Shown one piece after another: positions 63,545 to 64,000 of a DNA stretch of 64,000 bases. Source of the DNA: Phoronis australis (Eukaryota > Animalia > Phoronida); contig NMRA01000001.1 in the NCBI GenBank assembly GCA_002633005.1, positions 3,824,102 through 3,888,101 on the forward strand, given 5' to 3'. The position numbers and the translations under genes were made by a program. Under the pieces are notes generated by a model. That model made no database searches and had not been told where the DNA came from. It worked only from the letters and a program-made list of their open reading frames with translations. Within the stretch, counting starts at the first letter, position 1; every line of letters begins with the position of its first letter.

Positions 63545-64000
63545 TACGCTTGCCAAATGTAATAAATTTGGGAGATACAGCTATAGATGCAAAAAATGGA
63601 ACTAGGAGGCGCCACAGTGGTCAGAGATGTCCGAAAATCATTATTAGCCGTCCTCTTCATAGGAGAAGCATAAACGCCAATTTTCAAAATCATCCTTAGA
63701 GTGGTTTAGTTGATAGCGGGGCGGACACCAAAATCAGACTAGAAAACAGTAAAAATGGCCAATAGATGGCACAAAATAAGTCGAATCCAACCGAAAACGG
63801 GAACATGTCATCGTTTCTATAATCAAAAGCTATTCACCAAATTTCATAAATATCTGTCGAGGAACTCAGTCAGAGAAACAGAGGAAAACGGAAAAAATGA
63901 AACTGCCACTAGGGGCACAACGTTCGTCGGATCTGTCCGTAAGTTGTCGGTGTCGTCCGTTGTCAACTTAATACAAATACACTTGCTAACTGAAATAAAG
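63545..64000 (-). mobile_element. Further HINE-family tandem-repeat sequence (older host copy, runs off the window)
   Basis: Monomers actaggaggcgcc, ggccaatagatggc and gccactaggggc continue after the terminus of copy 3. Confidence 0.7.

Overview
Intron-rich animal genomic DNA (AT-rich introns, GT-AG splicing; probably a lophotrochozoan such as a mollusc, which is an inference from repeat types). Hand splicing gives four protein-coding genes: the 3' 25 exons of GCN1 (+, 1-20784), a complete RNase T2 gene (-, 24041-36383) that the ORF track barely shows, a complete 10-coding-exon HYLS1 homolog (+, 39249-51741) sharing a short bidirectional promoter with RNase T2, and the 3' nine exons of a TRERF1/MIDEAS/ZNF541-family ELM2-SANT zinc-finger gene (-, 54845-61922). 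Highlights: (1) GCN1 introns host seven box C/D snoRNAs, one per intron. Three are SNORD61/U61-like and four belong to a family I cannot name, whose guide appears to match an invertebrate 28S site. (2) A 90-bp triplication creates two stop-containing decoy copies of the acceptor and exon start, directly in front of the GCN1 exon carrying the GCN2-binding GPLIR motif. (3) Helentron-type non-autonomous elements carry ~446-bp higher-order repeats with a CTCF-like motif every ~150 bp. Also present are MITEs, tRNA-derived SINEs, mini- and microsatellites and a 58-N gap. All homology calls come from recognition, not from database searches.
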